Source: Myxococcota bacterium
Lineage (GTDB): Bacteria > Myxococcota_A > UBA796 > JAFGLY01
Assembly (NCBI GenBank): GCA_024276675.1
Contig: JAJRWT010000046.1
Span: 17,433-81,432, forward strand
Length of the DNA stretch: 64,000 nt
Direction: 5' to 3'
Shown: positions 63,401 to 64,000 of the stretch, piece after piece
Numbering within the stretch: the stretch's first letter is position 1
How the letters are laid out: every line of letters starts with the position of its first letter
Program-made: the position numbers and the translations under genes
The notes under the pieces: generated by a model
What the model saw: only the letters and a program-made list of their open reading frames with translations
Databases searched by the model: none
Told to the model about the DNA's origin: nothing

Positions 63401-64000
63401 GACAGGGAGCAGGAATCCGTCTCCTGGCTGTCAACCCTGGACTACACCGACCAGGTTGTGCTTGAGAGCCCGATGGGATCCTCCTGGACCGAGGAGTGGA
63501 CCGTGTCGTGCAGCCCCGTTTTCCGCTGTTCCTTCCACGGACCTGCCCCCCTGGAGCACGTGAAGGGCGGCGAATACCTGCCTCGCTGGTTGCCCTGGCC
63601 TGGCGAAAGCCTGGCGGTAGACGTGACCAGGCCGGACCCGGTGTCTGGGCAGACCATCACCATCGACTCCGCCCTGCTCCAGGTGACTCCCGGCAGGCGC
63701 CTGGCCGAGAGCAGCCTGGATCTCCTGGTACGCACCAGCCAGGGGGGGCAGCAGACCATCCACCTGCCACCCGGAGCCCACCTGCAGGGAGTGACCCTGG
63801 ATGGCAGGGCAAGTCCGTTGCAGGCCAGCGATGGCAAGCTGGTGATTCCTCTCCAACCGGGCGAACAGGCCATCCACCTCACCTGGCAGAGCCAGCACGA
63901 GCCCTCCTTCGTCTATCGAGTTCCCCGCCTGGACCTGGGAGCGTCGGCGGTGAATGCCACGGTGCAGGTTCGCCTTCCCGACGACCGCTGGATAGTCTTC
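60479..64000 (+). CDS. very large exported/membrane protein, unknown function (open at window end)
   Basis: Absent from the track because there is no stop in the window. ATG 60479 stays open in frame for 1174 codons to 64000. Signal peptide MRVPEIPASCLSLFSLLLLSLLVFRTPVGQA-AP. Central hydrophobic segments (LFDLFFVLVISMAVF, GLLALLALALG, WTWVFLLVSMAF, WIFTALLLVFLLPF, LVLAFLRVSLLLALAL, IPFFCLGAMLPILL). The listed track ORFs across 60.4-63.9 kb are all other frames. Confidence 0.7.
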   Translation, partial: MRVPEIPASCLSLFSLLLLSLLVFRTPVGQAAPLEVPAELQPWVPWVLQEHDDLACALVEQSRICVWPGSLRLEVDQDGGRFTMEVLLDADRWVVLPGGAGRWPQDLRVNGVPAVVLGNDDVPGTPLEKGWHRITGSFLWNDMPQVMQLPARLARVELLVDGKRVLWPKLDPGSHQLRLGQGQVEDSQENRLALEVSRRVVDGVPVQVETRVMIRASGRAREQNLGQVPVPGTQPVSLQADLPARFTPEGDLVIQVRPGTFGLTFHALHTGPVTSLRVPEGTAAWPRQEYWVVEKNERVRAVQLEGPQAVDAARTPLPQEWRNLPAFIMGPDVPLEFNEIRRGESEPPPNQLELDREFWLDFDGGAMTVRDTFSGQLSQGWRLDMLAPGLLGHVAQDGVDQVITRSANGLAGVELRSADPNVVADSRLDASARVFPAVGWKTDLRRLSATLNLPPGWTLLGGLGMDSMEGALLEQWSLFDLFFVLVISMAVFRMAGPGWGLLALLALALGRHQPQAPGWTWVFLLVSMAFQRVATAGRARSLARACRWIFTALLLVFLLPFSLRQVRVGLFPVLEFPWQQAGVQAHAVDEDRLEETRAPPVPEAAQGTLSRDLPDLYVLDSSGGMKGLAKRKSRSQGLLSGGEEDASSLEHKVTLQFDPGSVANTGFGLQRWSWKSHHIGWSGPVSADQQIRLFLIGPRVNLVLAFLRVSLLLALALRLAGLGSLKLVRRLAGPAIPFFCLGAMLPILLSGRALAAPSVDLLEQLEKKLTESPPCQPNCVDVPRMKLQVADDGLLMEVWVDAAVASAWPVPGPAATWVPQQVLVDGVQARAMTRLDGDYLAVRLNPGVHTLRVSGPLPPVDSVTLRFGLLPRMLEWSGDGWTLAGLHVDGSVERSVQITRAMASSAGGPSSENLLPWIQVKRFVDLGIPWKTRTTVQRVGPTRSPLTIEVPLIPGEAVIDEGLEVKDARVLVSLDREQESVSWLSTLDYTDQVVLESPMGSSWTEEWTVSCSPVFRCSFHGPAPLEHVKGGEYLPRWLPWPGESLAVDVTRPDPVSGQTITIDSALLQVTPGRRLAESSLDLLVRTSQGGQQTIHLPPGAHLQGVTLDGRASPLQASDGKLVIPLQPGEQAIHLTWQSQHEPSFVYRVPRLDLGASAVNATVQVRLPDDRWIVF

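Overview
High-GC bacterial chromosomal segment, probably from Myxococcota. The taxon call rests on two MYXO-CTERM-type C-terminal anchors, an AgmX/PglI-type C-terminal domain, many MopE-like Cys/Asp metal-binding motifs and FG-GAP proteins. I support about 46 protein-coding genes and found no rRNA, tRNA, CRISPR array or intact mobile element.

Content:
- Housekeeping genes: uvrB, lspA, selD, an Hsp15-like S4 protein and a Mur-ligase family gene cut by the window start.
- Many lipoproteins and secreted proteins: S1 protease, PhoD phosphatase, GH25 lysozyme, a GH-A glycosidase, two FGE/SUMF1-like proteins and a phosphodiester glycosidase with SLH repeats.
- Three paralogous GT-C-like membrane proteins and two paralogous FAD oxidoreductases.
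- A small toxin-antitoxin islet at 32.9-36 kb.

Main observations:
1. A tight three-gene operon at 40.8-45.3 kb. Its first product is a lipoprotein with an FG-GAP propeller and a C-terminal region carrying a MACPF-like YGTHY signature. A second lipoprotein and a porin-like beta-barrel follow.
2. selD is a selenoprotein gene. An in-frame TGA and a downstream hairpin were split into two ORFs by the ORF track.
3. Four cases where an in-frame TAG interrupts or abuts a reading frame that continues. The PhoD and DUF5615 cases are the strongest.
4. An ECF-sigma neighbourhood at 56-64 kb. It holds a zf-HC2 anti-sigma-like protein ending in a Met/Asp/Gly/His-rich (GDM)n tract, a sigma-54-like promoter, and a >1170-aa exported membrane protein that runs off the window.
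5. A 1014-aa orphan protein with a large cytoplasmic part and a membrane domain.

All functional calls come from motif recognition by eye. No database search was run.
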